Virus record (IMG/VR): IMGVR_UViG_3300031992_000044
Length of the DNA: 64,000 nucleotides
Source: a virus
Direction: 5' to 3' (one strand)
The translations under genes were made by a program, and so were the position numbers. Below are positions 9,821 through 18,611 of the stretch, piece by piece; within the stretch, counting starts at the first letter, position 1, and each line of letters opens with the position of its first letter. The notes under the pieces are model-generated. The model was not told the origin of the DNA. It worked only from the letters and a program-made list of their open reading frames with translations, and did no database searches.

Positions 9821-10216
9821 TCATGATGTATTGAAGGGTGTAGGTGGATTAGCTAAAACGTGAATTGTTGGTTGGTCACGACTTCCGTTCGTGACATTAA
9901 CAGTAGTGAATCCTTTTGCAATTAGAGGCATTTGTGCCTGACTCACAGGTTCTGAAGTTGCCTTCTTGGGTGCTTTAGCTGTGTCACCAGGAAGCATATA
10001 AAATGTCCCTGGATAACTCGGCAAAGCCTCCTGTGTGGGCGATACCTGAATGCATTTAGACTCACTCTGCTCGGTAGAACGCACTACCATTGTCGTCACT
10101 GCATAACCTAAGGTCCATGCGGTGAAGAATATCCAGAAGAGTTTGTTACTCTCATTGTACTTAGCTAAACCAAGTATAATGAGAACTCCGAGGATATACA
10201 GAGCTAATGTCATCAT
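9821..10216 (-). CDS. Membrane protein, possible anti-sigma partner (131 aa)
   Basis: N-terminal TM segments (LALYILGVLIILGLA, LFWIFFTAWTLGYAV). Its start overlaps the sigma gene stop (ATGA at 10213-10216). Confidence 0.65.
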   Translation of the reverse strand: MMTLALYILGVLIILGLAKYNESNKLFWIFFTAWTLGYAVTTMVVRSTEQSESKCIQVSPTQEALPSYPGTFYMLPGDTAKAPKKATSEPVSQAQMPLIAKGFTTVNVTNGSRDQPTIHVLANPPTPFNTS

Positions 10217-10782
10217 GTTGTTTTAATTTTTAAATGTTTTTGAATTCGCTTTCGAGTCCTTGATAACGTCGACTTTATAGTTCCTGTTGGGATATTCAAG
10301 GCCTCACTAATCTGTTCTACTGTCATATTATCTTCGTAGAATAACCTAAGAACCTTACGATTGGTCTCAGATAATTTGTCGAATTCCGTCAGTAAAGATT
10401 CATAAGTCATACGATTGATTATTTCCTCTTCAGCTGAAACATTAGTATCATCTGATGGTATTTTACCATCCGACTGCCCTAGTGCTACTTTACGGTTTTC
10501 CATTCTACGTAGATAATCGATAGCAGTTCGATTAGCTATAATTCGCAGCCAACCCCCGAAGGAGTCGTATTCTGTGAATGTCGAGAGTTTATCATACACT
10601 TTAAGAAATACTATGTTGGTGAGGTCTTTAGCCTCGTCCATGTCTTTAATATACTGAAATAGTATATTATCTACAAAGCTTTTATACTTGTAGAAAAGTG
10701 TATTAAAAGCAGATTCATCACCTGCTTGCGCCTTTTTGATTATCCCAACCTCTTCTGAGGTGATTCTAGGATTCTGTGGCAT
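10213..10782 (-). CDS. ECF-type (sigma-70 family, group 4) RNA polymerase sigma factor
   Basis: Region 2 reads FGGWLRIIANRTAIDYLRR. Region 4 HTH reads MTVEQISEALNIPTGTIKSTLSRTRKRIQ. The track start is TTG; the ATG at 10782 is preferred. Confidence 0.85.
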   Translation of the reverse strand: MPQNPRITSEEVGIIKKAQAGDESAFNTLFYKYKSFVDNILFQYIKDMDEAKDLTNIVFLKVYDKLSTFTEYDSFGGWLRIIANRTAIDYLRRMENRKVALGQSDGKIPSDDTNVSAEEEIINRMTYESLLTEFDKLSETNRKVLRLFYEDNMTVEQISEALNIPTGTIKSTLSRTRKRIQKHLKIKTT

Positions 10783-10884
10783 AATCAAAACAAATTAATC
10801 GGTTTATTAAGGTGTCACTCCTGTATGCGTAACCGAAACGCTTAGTGGGCTGTTGTCATCGAAGACTACCTCTAAGGGACAGCC

Positions 10885-11313
10885 CTAGAACGGCAAATCC
10901 TCGTTTATTACGAGACGATGCTCATTCCATGTGTTGTTACAAAGATAATAATGAATTTTTGCACCGATTCTGAATGGCAAGTCCATTTTGTCTAGCTTAG
11001 TAGTAGCAATTCGTAGCCTAACACCTAATGTTTGATACGATTCTACTCCTATACACAGAGTTATCTTTCGATTAACCCATTCTAACCATTCTTGGAGTTC
11101 TTTATTTCTCCATACTTCTTCGATTATATCATAATTATCTTCGTCATCAGAGATTGGGGCGATCATACGCGTAGTGTACATTACACCCACTGAGCCTTGA
11201 TTGTATGCGATACGCAGCGCTGCGTAAATCTCACTAGGCTTCGGATCGTCCGGCAAACAGATCAAGCAAGCCTCACGCAGAGGCTCTAAATAATTGGAAA
11301 ATACACTAATCAT
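10885..11313 (-). CDS. Hypothetical protein
   Basis: ORF-track ORF 10885..11340. The ATG at 11313 overlaps the upstream stop (ATGA). It ends in TAG used as a stop. Confidence 0.65.
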   Translation of the reverse strand: MISVFSNYLEPLREACLICLPDDPKPSEIYAALRIAYNQGSVGVMYTTRMIAPISDDEDNYDIIEEVWRNKELQEWLEWVNRKITLCIGVESYQTLGVRLRIATTKLDKMDLPFRIGAKIHYYLCNNTWNEHRLVINEDLPF

Positions 11314-11819
11314 AGTCTTCCTAAAGATTGCTTGACACATTTAAGCAAATAATCGGCAAATTTGTCTACTTCTAACATTTGTTTATCATAGGCATTTCTG
11401 TCTTCCATTAAGAGCTTTGCATCAGGCAAACGCTCACTTAAATGATGTGTTATGATGTCTACTTTACATTCGATATCTTCACATCCTTTTGAGAGTGAAA
11501 TTTCGCATGTGTTTTTGACATATGCAAAATTAGTTGTGAACCACTTAACTGTTTTTGAGATTTCATACCAATAATTGGCTTCATCATCAGTTAAATCATC
11601 CCAGTTGATACTCTTATCAAAAACAAAATTTCGATAATATTTCGCAATACCGAGAGTTATACGTGTTGCACGTTTTCTCTCATCTTTTGCTACATATATC
11701 TTAATAAAGTTCTTATAAGCATGTTCAACCCAACGCGTCTTGGCATTACACCATTTCAGCGCAAAATCTACTGTTTCAGGACATCTATCCCTTAACATTT
11801 CTTTGTAGCCTGTCTTCAT
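11310..11819 (-). CDS. Hypothetical protein (169 aa)
   Basis: The first 16 codons of track ORF 11310..11867 overlap tRNA-Ile. The ATG at 11819 (MKTGYKEM) is the plausible start. Confidence 0.7.
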   Translation of the reverse strand: MKTGYKEMLRDRCPETVDFALKWCNAKTRWVEHAYKNFIKIYVAKDERKRATRITLGIAKYYRNFVFDKSINWDDLTDDEANYWYEISKTVKWFTTNFAYVKNTCEISLSKGCEDIECKVDIITHHLSERLPDAKLLMEDRNAYDKQMLEVDKFADYLLKCVKQSLGRL

Positions 11820-11833
11820 TTGATATGTTTTTG

Positions 11834-11907
11834 TGGTCCTTGTTGGGCTTGAACCAACGACCCCCACCTTATAAGGGTGGTGCTCTAACCAACTGAGCTA
11901 AAGGACT
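11834..11907 (-). tRNA. tRNA-Ile (anticodon UAU)
   Basis: Canonical fold: TA-GCTC-AGTTGGTTA-GAGC, anticodon arm CCACC-CTTATAA-GGTGG, T arm GTTGG-TTCAAGC-CCAAC. Position 1:72 is an A:C mismatch in my fold. Confidence 0.8.
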
Positions 11908-11969
11908 GTGTGGGGCGTTTGTTTTTAGAGTGCGGTCAGGCAAGCCCCTGTAAGCCATAGCACTATTGT

Positions 11970-12011
11970 TGCGCAGTGAAGAATCGAACTTCACAAAATA
12001 CCATATACGCA
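11970..12011 (-). other. tRNA-like minihelix (acceptor-like stem plus T-arm, no D or anticodon arms)
   Basis: Minus-sense TGCGTA..(11 nt)..TGAAG-TTCGATT-CTTCA-CTGCGCA. Six acceptor-like pairs flank a perfect T-arm. Confidence 0.3.
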
Positions 12012-12033
12012 AAAAGCTCCCTTGTGAGGAGCT
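12011..12033 (-). terminator. Intrinsic terminator after the 15163->12046 operon
   Basis: Minus-sense AGCTCC-TCACAAG-GGAGCT followed by TTTTT. Confidence 0.7.
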
Positions 12034-12045
12034 TCTTGTAGAAGG

Positions 12046-13911
12046 TTATTGTATAAGTTTTATGGATTTTTCTTTAAGTAGTGTATTGACATCTTTGTTA
12101 TCTTTCTTTATCTTATAACCTTTTATCTTTACACCTTTTTCATAAATTTCCATAATACTATACTCAGCATCGGCATACCTTCGTTCTGACTGACCGTTGC
12201 TATTTATATATCGTGGCTTAGACAATGATGGAAGTGCTACTGTATATCCGGATGTAGACTTCTCATTATTATCTGCTCTTGTGTATACATATGCGTTTTG
12301 TGCATATGGACTGACTATATTATAGTCATGATTGACAAAATGTCCATCGTTTTCCCAACTTATATGAGAATGTCCACTGAAGAATATAACATTCTTATAT
12401 TTGTTGTTGAGTTTATTTAAGAACCAGAATTCAATACCAGTTAAGGCGTTTGAACCTATACTATAAAGTTTTGATTCTTTTATATCTTTTTCTCCAGCTT
12501 TATGTATATCTGCATATTGCCATGCTCCTTGTTGAGGTATTCCTAAACTATTACCTGCTTTATTCGGCAAGAAATGATGAGTAAATACATAGATCTTCTT
12601 ATCTGGATTATTTTCAATTATTTCTTTTAACCAAATAAGACTGTTTGGACTATAATACTGGTAATTATACTACATATCACCGTTACCATAATCGGTATCT
12701 TGTACGTATTCAACCATTCTCTTGATATATGGATCGTTTGATTTGGTATCGATAATTGTTCTTGCATGAATCATACGATCATGCCACTTATCATTGATAG
12801 GCCAAATATCATTACCATAATCTACAGAAAGGAATACAAAGATATCATCATCTTTCTTAAGCCAATAGTTAAGTTTAGAATAACCATTTCTTCCGTGACT
12901 ACCACCGTCATTCCACATAATGAGATTATCTTTTACCTCATTCCAGTGGCTATTTACGTAGTTGTTTGCACAACGGATAGCTTCATCTGATATACCTCCT
13001 TTATTTGCATCCCATATCGAACTTCCTGTATATCCTCCTTTTCTTGCATATAAATCAACATGGTCGTTATATGAGAAGAAGTTCATGTCAGCTTGACCAA
13101 CAGGAGTAGATTTGCCTTTTTCTAAATCAAATACTATGCGTCCTCTACCAGGTACAATACCATTGATACCTTGACCAGTAGGCCATAAATTTGCAATTCT
13201 CTGGTTTACATTGGCATTATATCCTGAAATACATTCGGAATTCTTTTTACCAGTTCTTACATCACCTTGTCTAGATTCAAATAGTCCATAGAAATCATGA
13301 TTACCAAGTGGTGAGAACAACCTAAGACCTGCTACTTGCCAATAAGGAACATCATACATTTCTTTTAATTCCTTATAATCAATATCACATACTGCTTCTG
13401 GATGTCTTTGATAAGCATTTGTAGCCGATTCTGAAATATCTCCACAACTCATTACACATTTTATGTTCTGATCTTTAACAAACAGATCCATACAACGTTT
13501 GAAGTCTGCTTCATCCCACCAATCATCATTGTCTTTTGAGATATGAAGATCTGATATCAGACCTACAGAATATTTATAATTTCCAAGGTCTACATCTTCA
13601 TCTCCTTTCTCATCATCTTTTATGATTGTAACAGGACACCACAATTGAGCAATGTCGTTTGTCATTCCTAAATCAGGTCTTCCATTATCTCCTATGGAGA
13701 ATATGAAATGTGTAGTATCGTCGTGAATAATTGCATTATATGTATATTCTTTACTATTTTGCTAATCGTGTATCCTTGTATATCCGATTTTCTCTCGTCT
13801 TTCATGAATACATGAATAACATTCAGTAGCAAACTAGGCATGCAATGCAACTGTTTCTCCAACTCGACCTTTTATTTCTGGTCCAATTAATTTTATTTCT
13901 TCTTTGTTCAT
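12046..13911 (-). CDS. Calcineurin-like metallophosphoesterase with an N-terminal extension; 3 in-frame TAG (621 aa)
   Basis: Track ORFs 12046..12570 and 12670..13665 are in one frame, joined by TAG at 12670-12672. Motifs are split across them: ISDLHI, CGDIS and GNHDF upstream; VFTHHF and GHSHISW downstream. The frame stays open to the ATG at 13911 through TAGs at 13834-13836 and 13762-13764. Confidence 0.75.
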
Positions 13912-13912
13912 A

Positions 13913-15163
13913 TCAATTCGATAATAAATCTGTTTGATTCTCTGCTAATATAATATACCTTGCACCACTCTTATCTGGATCAAGACTTGCATATGGATTT
14001 TTCCAATATAGATTCAGATGATATGTATAACCTCTCTAAAGTTTTACGTTTTGTGTAGGAGCAGCTGCATACATATTCTGAGACCCACTGATTGCAGTTT
14101 TTGATCTTGAATATTCCCTTGTATAAAGAAATATTGGATAACCATATGCATTATTGATAGAATTCATTAAATACCAAGTGCCATCAGTAAAATCAGTAGT
14201 AGGCATATATATACCAGTAATCGTTGTTATTTCTGGTGAGGTATAAGATCCGCCAACTGGTATAATTATATTATTTTTGTGATAATCCCCATTTTGATCA
14301 GGTATACCTATATTGGCATCAACTATATTAGCGTACGCTTGTGTTGAATTTGTCCAATCGTTTTGATTTCTTGATAAATTTAAAGTTACTCTTCCTGAAA
14401 GTCTTGCTTCAGAACCAGTATTATTTGTTATGACAAATTTAATTCCATTGCCTCCTGTATATTCAGCTGTACTGTATACTGTAGTTTCAGGTGCATGATC
14501 ATCTCCAGATGGTGTAGGAGTTGGATCAGGATCTGTGTCATATGTAGGTGTTTGTCCTCCACCCATCCACTCTGTAGTATTATTTGGTATTGTTACAGTA
14601 AATGATCCTCCATCTTGAAATATATAACTTTCACTTACTCCAGATGTTGTGAAAGTATAATTGCTTCCATTTATTTTATATCCACAATTACATAAATAAG
14701 ATGTTTCAGAATACTGTTCTCCTGATGCAAAATGTAATCCTTCGTATTCTCTTTCAAATATTACAGTACATTGTGCAGATAAACCTTGTTCTATTCTATT
14801 ATTTGTTGTTACTGTTCCTGTCACAGATTGTATTTGCTGATTATCCTCATCCCACAATAATAACTGCAATTGGCGGATGTTTAATCTACCACCAGCATTA
14901 TTCACAATCATTGCTGTCATAGTTATACCGTCTTCTGGTGTAGGAGTTGGTGTTGGTTCTGGATCGTCAGGAATAATAGGATCTGGTGTAGGTGGTATAA
15001 ATGAATCTATATTACCTATCTGTATTACAAGCCCTTCTTCTGGAATTTCCTCAGTATCAGTACCGCTAGCGTGTATTATCTACACCTAATCGCTGGTTAT
15101 CTTCAGAATACTTGGCTGATCGATAACGTCATCTTTATTTGTAAAATCGTATTTGTTTAACAT
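13913..15163 (-). CDS. Hypothetical fibre/carbohydrate-binding-like protein, 3 in-frame TAG (416 aa)
   Basis: Track ORF 14036..14920 extends upstream in frame to the ATG at 15163 through TAG-GTG-TAG (15080-15088). Downstream it reads through TAG 14036-14038 to TGA 13913-13915, which sits 1 nt before the next gene's ATG. Contains a Pro/Thr linker PDPTPTPS. Confidence 0.65.
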
Positions 15164-15189
15164 GTTAATTTAGATTTGATTGTATTTGT

Positions 15190-15259
15190 AGCGAGTGTGG
15201 GACTCGAACCCACCAGTTTACAGATTTACTGAAACTTACCGACTGCGAACAGACTCGCT
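15190..15259 (-). tRNA. tRNA-like gene with a non-canonical central region (possible pseudogene)
   Basis: Perfect acceptor AGCGAGT/ACTCGCT and T arm GTGGG-TTCGAGT-CCCAC. No standard D stem. The anticodon region folds as AGTTT-(12-nt loop CAGTAAATCTGT)-AAACT. Confidence 0.4.
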
Positions 15260-16044
15260 CCACCCACTTAGGTAGGGTTCACCGACTTCACGCTGCCTCC
15301 TTGAGACCCGTGTAGTCAACGATATTATAATCGCCGTTTAAATTTATATCAAAGCGTTTAATGTCTTACTTTCCACTGCTGTCAAATCCAGTCAGGCCCA
15401 TAATGCCCACATACGGCCTACGAGTGGGCTGCGCAGATAGTCACCCCTTATTCGCTCTATGTGACAGATAAAACTTGGGACTTGCCGTGGACCTGGAGGG
15501 ATTCGAACCCTCGTCCAACAGCTCATTCTGGGACACGCTAAGATTCTTGTGTAGAACGTTCTGATGATCGGTCAAAACATTCAATTTAAGGCTATTTTCA
15601 GGCTCTCTGAGACGTTTTCTAGGCTTTTGTGGGTAGCTATTCCACTCAAGCTTTAAAATGGCTTAGAAAGGCTTATTTTAGCCTTAAATAAAGGTTGAAT
15701 ACGTTGGTCTACCACTGGCTCGAAGGCTCACAATAGGGCGTATTCGCATTCTTGAAACTGTTTTACAGCAAAAGCTGACTCTATGGTTCAGTAAAACTCA
15801 TAGTTCTTGATCTAATGCCCACATATTATTACACCGTGTGGACGGTGGTATCACCCCGTGGCACTGGCTCAAAGGCTCGGACCTAGATTGCGAGTGTCGC
15901 TCCCTGTCGGACTGAATATAGTTAATATAAAGGCGAACTTCAGAAACTATATTATTACCGATCTTCTATAACGTATTCTGCTTTCTTTTTATAGAGTATT
16001 GGCTCAAAGGCTCGGACTCTACGGATGATGGGTGCTCTCAGAGA
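15260..16044. ncRNA. ORF-free structured block with internal repeats; candidate noncoding RNA(s)
   Basis: No ORF of 60 aa or more. TAATGCCCACATA occurs twice (15401-15413, 15813-15825), each followed 20-26 nt later by TCACCCC. TGGCTC(A/G)AAGGCTC occurs at 15716, 15865 and 16000, and also at 5789. Hairpin AAGGCT..AGCCTT is present. Confidence 0.35.
15489..15512 (-). other. Isolated tRNA T-arm-like module
   Basis: Minus-sense GAGGG-TTCGAAT-CCCTC followed by CAGGTCC-A. No matching GGACCTG 5' strand was found in 15521-16040. Confidence 0.3.
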
Positions 16045-16554
16045 TTACCAATCGTTGAGGTACCAACGATACTCAGCCTCGTAAGAGTTACGGAGTTCTT
16101 CCACACCCTTGCGATACTCTTCGTCGATTTCGCTCTCCTTCTTGCGCATCTCCTCGTTGAGCTTCTTGAGTTCACGCTTGTGTTCAACAGCCGTGAGGCG
16201 CTCCTTCTCGTCGATCTTGGTCTTAGTGGGCACCAGCTCACCGTCCTTGATCTCACACTTCACACCCAGGTAGCGCTCCAGGAGTGCATGGGTCTGCTCT
16301 AGACCATACTTCTCCAGCTTGTCCTCTGCCTTGCGCTTGCGCTTCATCAGGACCTTCTTGCGATTGTCGTAGGTGGCAACACAGATCTGAATCTTGGCCT
16401 CCTGCTTCTTCTTGTCGTCCTTACCCTTTTCGATGTCCTCCATAGCGGCGACAACAGCTTTGTCGGTCATCATGTTCGCGTTGCGCAGGCCGTCCTGCAC
16501 TTCTTCCTGCTCAGCAGCAGCTGCAGCAGCTTTTGTGTCTTTTTTCTCTGCCAT
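16045..16554 (-). CDS. Hypothetical charged coiled-coil-like protein (169 aa)
   Basis: ORF-track ORF with strongly GC3-biased codons, a TTATCAAAA-ATG leader and a TAA stop. Confidence 0.8.
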   Translation of the reverse strand: MAEKKDTKAAAAAAEQEEVQDGLRNANMMTDKAVVAAMEDIEKGKDDKKKQEAKIQICVATYDNRKKVLMKRKRKAEDKLEKYGLEQTHALLERYLGVKCEIKDGELVPTKTKIDEKERLTAVEHKRELKKLNEEMRKKESEIDEEYRKGVEELRNSYEAEYRWYLNDW

Positions 16555-16696
16555 TTTTGATAAATGTTTAATTGTTAATAACTATTATGCGTACTCACGC
16601 CTGTAATCGGCGTTTGTATACTTTTTTCTTACATAAGGAACAGCATTTTTATGTTGCTCCTTGGCGTAGCGAGGTTTTTCACGCCTTTTGTTACCA

Positions 16697-17203
16697 CTAT
16701 GATACGAACACATGGTTGTAATACATATAGGTATTGTGAATAACCTCAAGAATGCTCTTTTTCATGCCGTATTCGTTAAGAATTGGGGCATATCTAGATG
16801 ATATAGTTTTTGTAGCAAGTATTTCTACTGCTGCAATAAGAGCTTCATCTGTGGGCTTTCCTGTTGCACGTTTATATTTCTCATCTGACAAGTCAGAAGA
16901 CAAATGTATAGAAAACGTGCCAGTATTACCTAAGCATTCCTTATATTTTGTTCCTATAAAAACAATCGCGTTATAAATAGGATCGAGGTCTCTGTTGTTA
17001 AGGATGCTAGAATCCTCAACATGTATTGTGTTACCAATACACTTAGCAAGACCATCTGCATCGAACTGCTTTGCGGTTACCAATTCAGGCACCGTAGCCT
17101 TACACTGTGCCATCATTGCTACTATTTCAGCAACAATTTCCTCTGGCACTTCTTTCCCTTGCCATACTATAACAAGGGCCCTGGGTTCGTTACTCTTTGA
17201 CAT
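16697..17203 (-). CDS. Hypothetical protein (168 aa)
   Basis: ORF-track ORF. Its start overlaps the stop of the upstream gene. It ends TAG-TGG-TAA, so the C-terminus is ambiguous by 2 codons. Confidence 0.75.
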   Translation of the reverse strand: MSKSNEPRALVIVWQGKEVPEEIVAEIVAMMAQCKATVPELVTAKQFDADGLAKCIGNTIHVEDSSILNNRDLDPIYNAIVFIGTKYKECLGNTGTFSIHLSSDLSDEKYKRATGKPTDEALIAAVEILATKTISSRYAPILNEYGMKKSILEVIHNTYMYYNHVFVS

Positions 17204-17723
17204 ACGACTTCTCTGTCTTTACTTGTACTTTAACCGCATTACCGTCGACCGTATCGGTGTAGTAATTATACGAAGTCTCAAATACACCGTCTTTTTTGGT
17301 AACGTCCGACCCTCCACTATCGGTTGCAGCTTTATTATCCTTCGAATCAGCAGGTGTAATCTCTTTTGACATGTTATCATACACAGATATATTCTTTAGG
17401 TATTCATTAACAATCTGCTTTTTGTCAGTTGCACCTGATTTGTTGATACACACATCTGCTACTCGTTTTAACGTGGATACGGGTAAACTTGAGAACGTAC
17501 TATCGATAGACTTTCCGTCTTCGATAATTTCCTGATAGTGAGCAACGTCACCAACATTCTCAAATGTTGGATTCATTAACTCATAGTAGATCACACGAGC
17601 AGACTCTTTAGAGATTTCCTCAATCTCAGTCTGCGTCCAGACTTTAGGCGTTCCGTCGCTGCACGATGAAACACCAAGTGCAAGCATAAACATGCTGCAC
17701 AGAAAGAAAATAAATTTCCTCAT
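17190..17723 (-). CDS. Putative lipoprotein (177 aa)
   Basis: The ATG at 17723 gives MRKFIFFLCSMFMLALGVSSC, a signal peptide plus lipobox Cys. TTATCAAAA-ATG leader. The track ORF start at 17897 is an over-extension. Confidence 0.75.
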   Translation of the reverse strand: MRKFIFFLCSMFMLALGVSSCSDGTPKVWTQTEIEEISKESARVIYYELMNPTFENVGDVAHYQEIIEDGKSIDSTFSSLPVSTLKRVADVCINKSGATDKKQIVNEYLKNISVYDNMSKEITPADSKDNKAATDSGGSDVTKKDGVFETSYNYYTDTVDGNAVKVQVKTEKSYVKE

Positions 17724-17769
17724 TTTTGATAAACGATTTAATTTTAAAACTTTGTTTCGAAACCCAGTT

Positions 17770-18003
17770 TTAAAGGGAACTTGGAATAACCTTTCTTGGG
17801 ATGCACATTGGTGGCATATTTTTATAGCATTTGCGTAAATCAAACGTTGTCTTTTTAGTTGGATAATCAAATCGTGCAATACACGGTGGTTTTCCATTTA
17901 CTTGTTGACAAAACATACATGCAGTATAGCCTGAACTATAACGACATTTATGTATTCTATAAACACTGCCATTTAATGTGACCAATTGACCATTTTTCCA
18001 CAT
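17770..18003 (-). CDS. Small Cys-rich protein (77 aa), paralog of 18936..19124
   Basis: Shares GQLxT(L/I)NxxVYR...C..C with 18936..19124. Confidence 0.6.
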   Translation of the reverse strand: MWKNGQLVTLNGSVYRIHKCRYSSGYTACMFCQQVNGKPPCIARFDYPTKKTTFDLRKCYKNMPPMCIPRKVIPSSL

Positions 18004-18027
18004 AATTGTAAATATTGGTGAGTTTTG

Positions 18028-18098
18028 TAGTCTCTAGGAGAGTCGAACTCCTCTTCTAACAATGAAAATGTTATGTCCTACCGATAGACGAAGAGACC
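18028..18098 (-). tRNA. tRNA-Glu (anticodon UUC)
   Basis: Hand fold: GGTCTCT/AGAGACT acceptor (G1:U72), D arm GTCT-ATCGGTA-GGAC, anticodon arm TAACA-TTTTCAT-TGTTA, T arm AGGAG-TTCGACT-CTCCT. Confidence 0.85.
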
Positions 18099-18387
18099 AG
18101 GTAGGTAGTTACACGGGGAGAGGTAAAAAAACACGAGCCTTGAGTCCTTTTCAGAGTACGCCCTACATAACCACTGTTATGATTGTAACTACCTAATTGG
18201 TGAGACTGTTTATAGGATCTGGCAGGGTAGGCATTTCCCCTCGATTCTATCCTATGCACGGTACAGTCTCTTAAACCTCTTTAGTAAAACGTCCTATCTA
18301 GTTGAGTTAGATATCATACCCCAACTATGCACCACCCTCCTGCTAATATCGCCTGTAGCGAATCCCTCGGACGTATTTGTTGCTGTG
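18099..18387 (-). ncRNA. ORF-free ~290-nt segment between a terminator and tRNA-Glu; candidate ncRNA or long tRNA leader
   Basis: No credible ORF; track ORF 18071..18259 overlaps the tRNA. Relatively GC-rich with several hairpins. It sits directly 5' of tRNA-Glu on the same strand. Confidence 0.3.
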
Positions 18388-18419
18388 AAAAGTATACCCT
18401 GTCTCACGACAGAGTATAC
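18388..18419 (-). terminator. Intrinsic terminator downstream of tRNA-Gln(CUG)
   Basis: Minus-sense GTATAC-T-CTGTC-GTGA-GACAG-G-GTATAC followed by TTTTCAC. Confidence 0.65.
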
Positions 18420-18536
18420 ATGTAATGAACACTTTCATTTAAATAACTTAAATAAACATTAAAAGTACTATGAAAATAAACCTTTAACACATTATTAATT
18501 TATCAATTAAGAAATGTCACACGCTTCACAGCGTTG

Positions 18537-18611
18537 TGTGGGAGAATGGATTCCAACCACTACCTACAGATGCAGAATCTGTCGCTCTGATGGTTATTAA
18601 GCTACTCCCAC
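18537..18611 (-). tRNA. tRNA-Gln (anticodon CUG) with atypical D and T loops
   Basis: Acceptor GTGGGAG/CTCCCAC, D arm GCTT-AATAACCATCA-GAGC, anticodon arm ACAGA-TTCTGCA-TCTGT, T arm AGTGG-TTGGAAT-CCATT. The D loop has CC where GG is expected. The T loop has G at the C56 position. Position 37 is C. Confidence 0.7.

Noticed and set aside
15489-15520. tmRNA-like 3' end (T-arm followed by CAGGTCC-A)
   Set aside because: No complementary GGACCTG 5' strand occurs in 15521-16040, there is no CCA, and I saw no tag-peptide ORF ending in ALAA-type codons.
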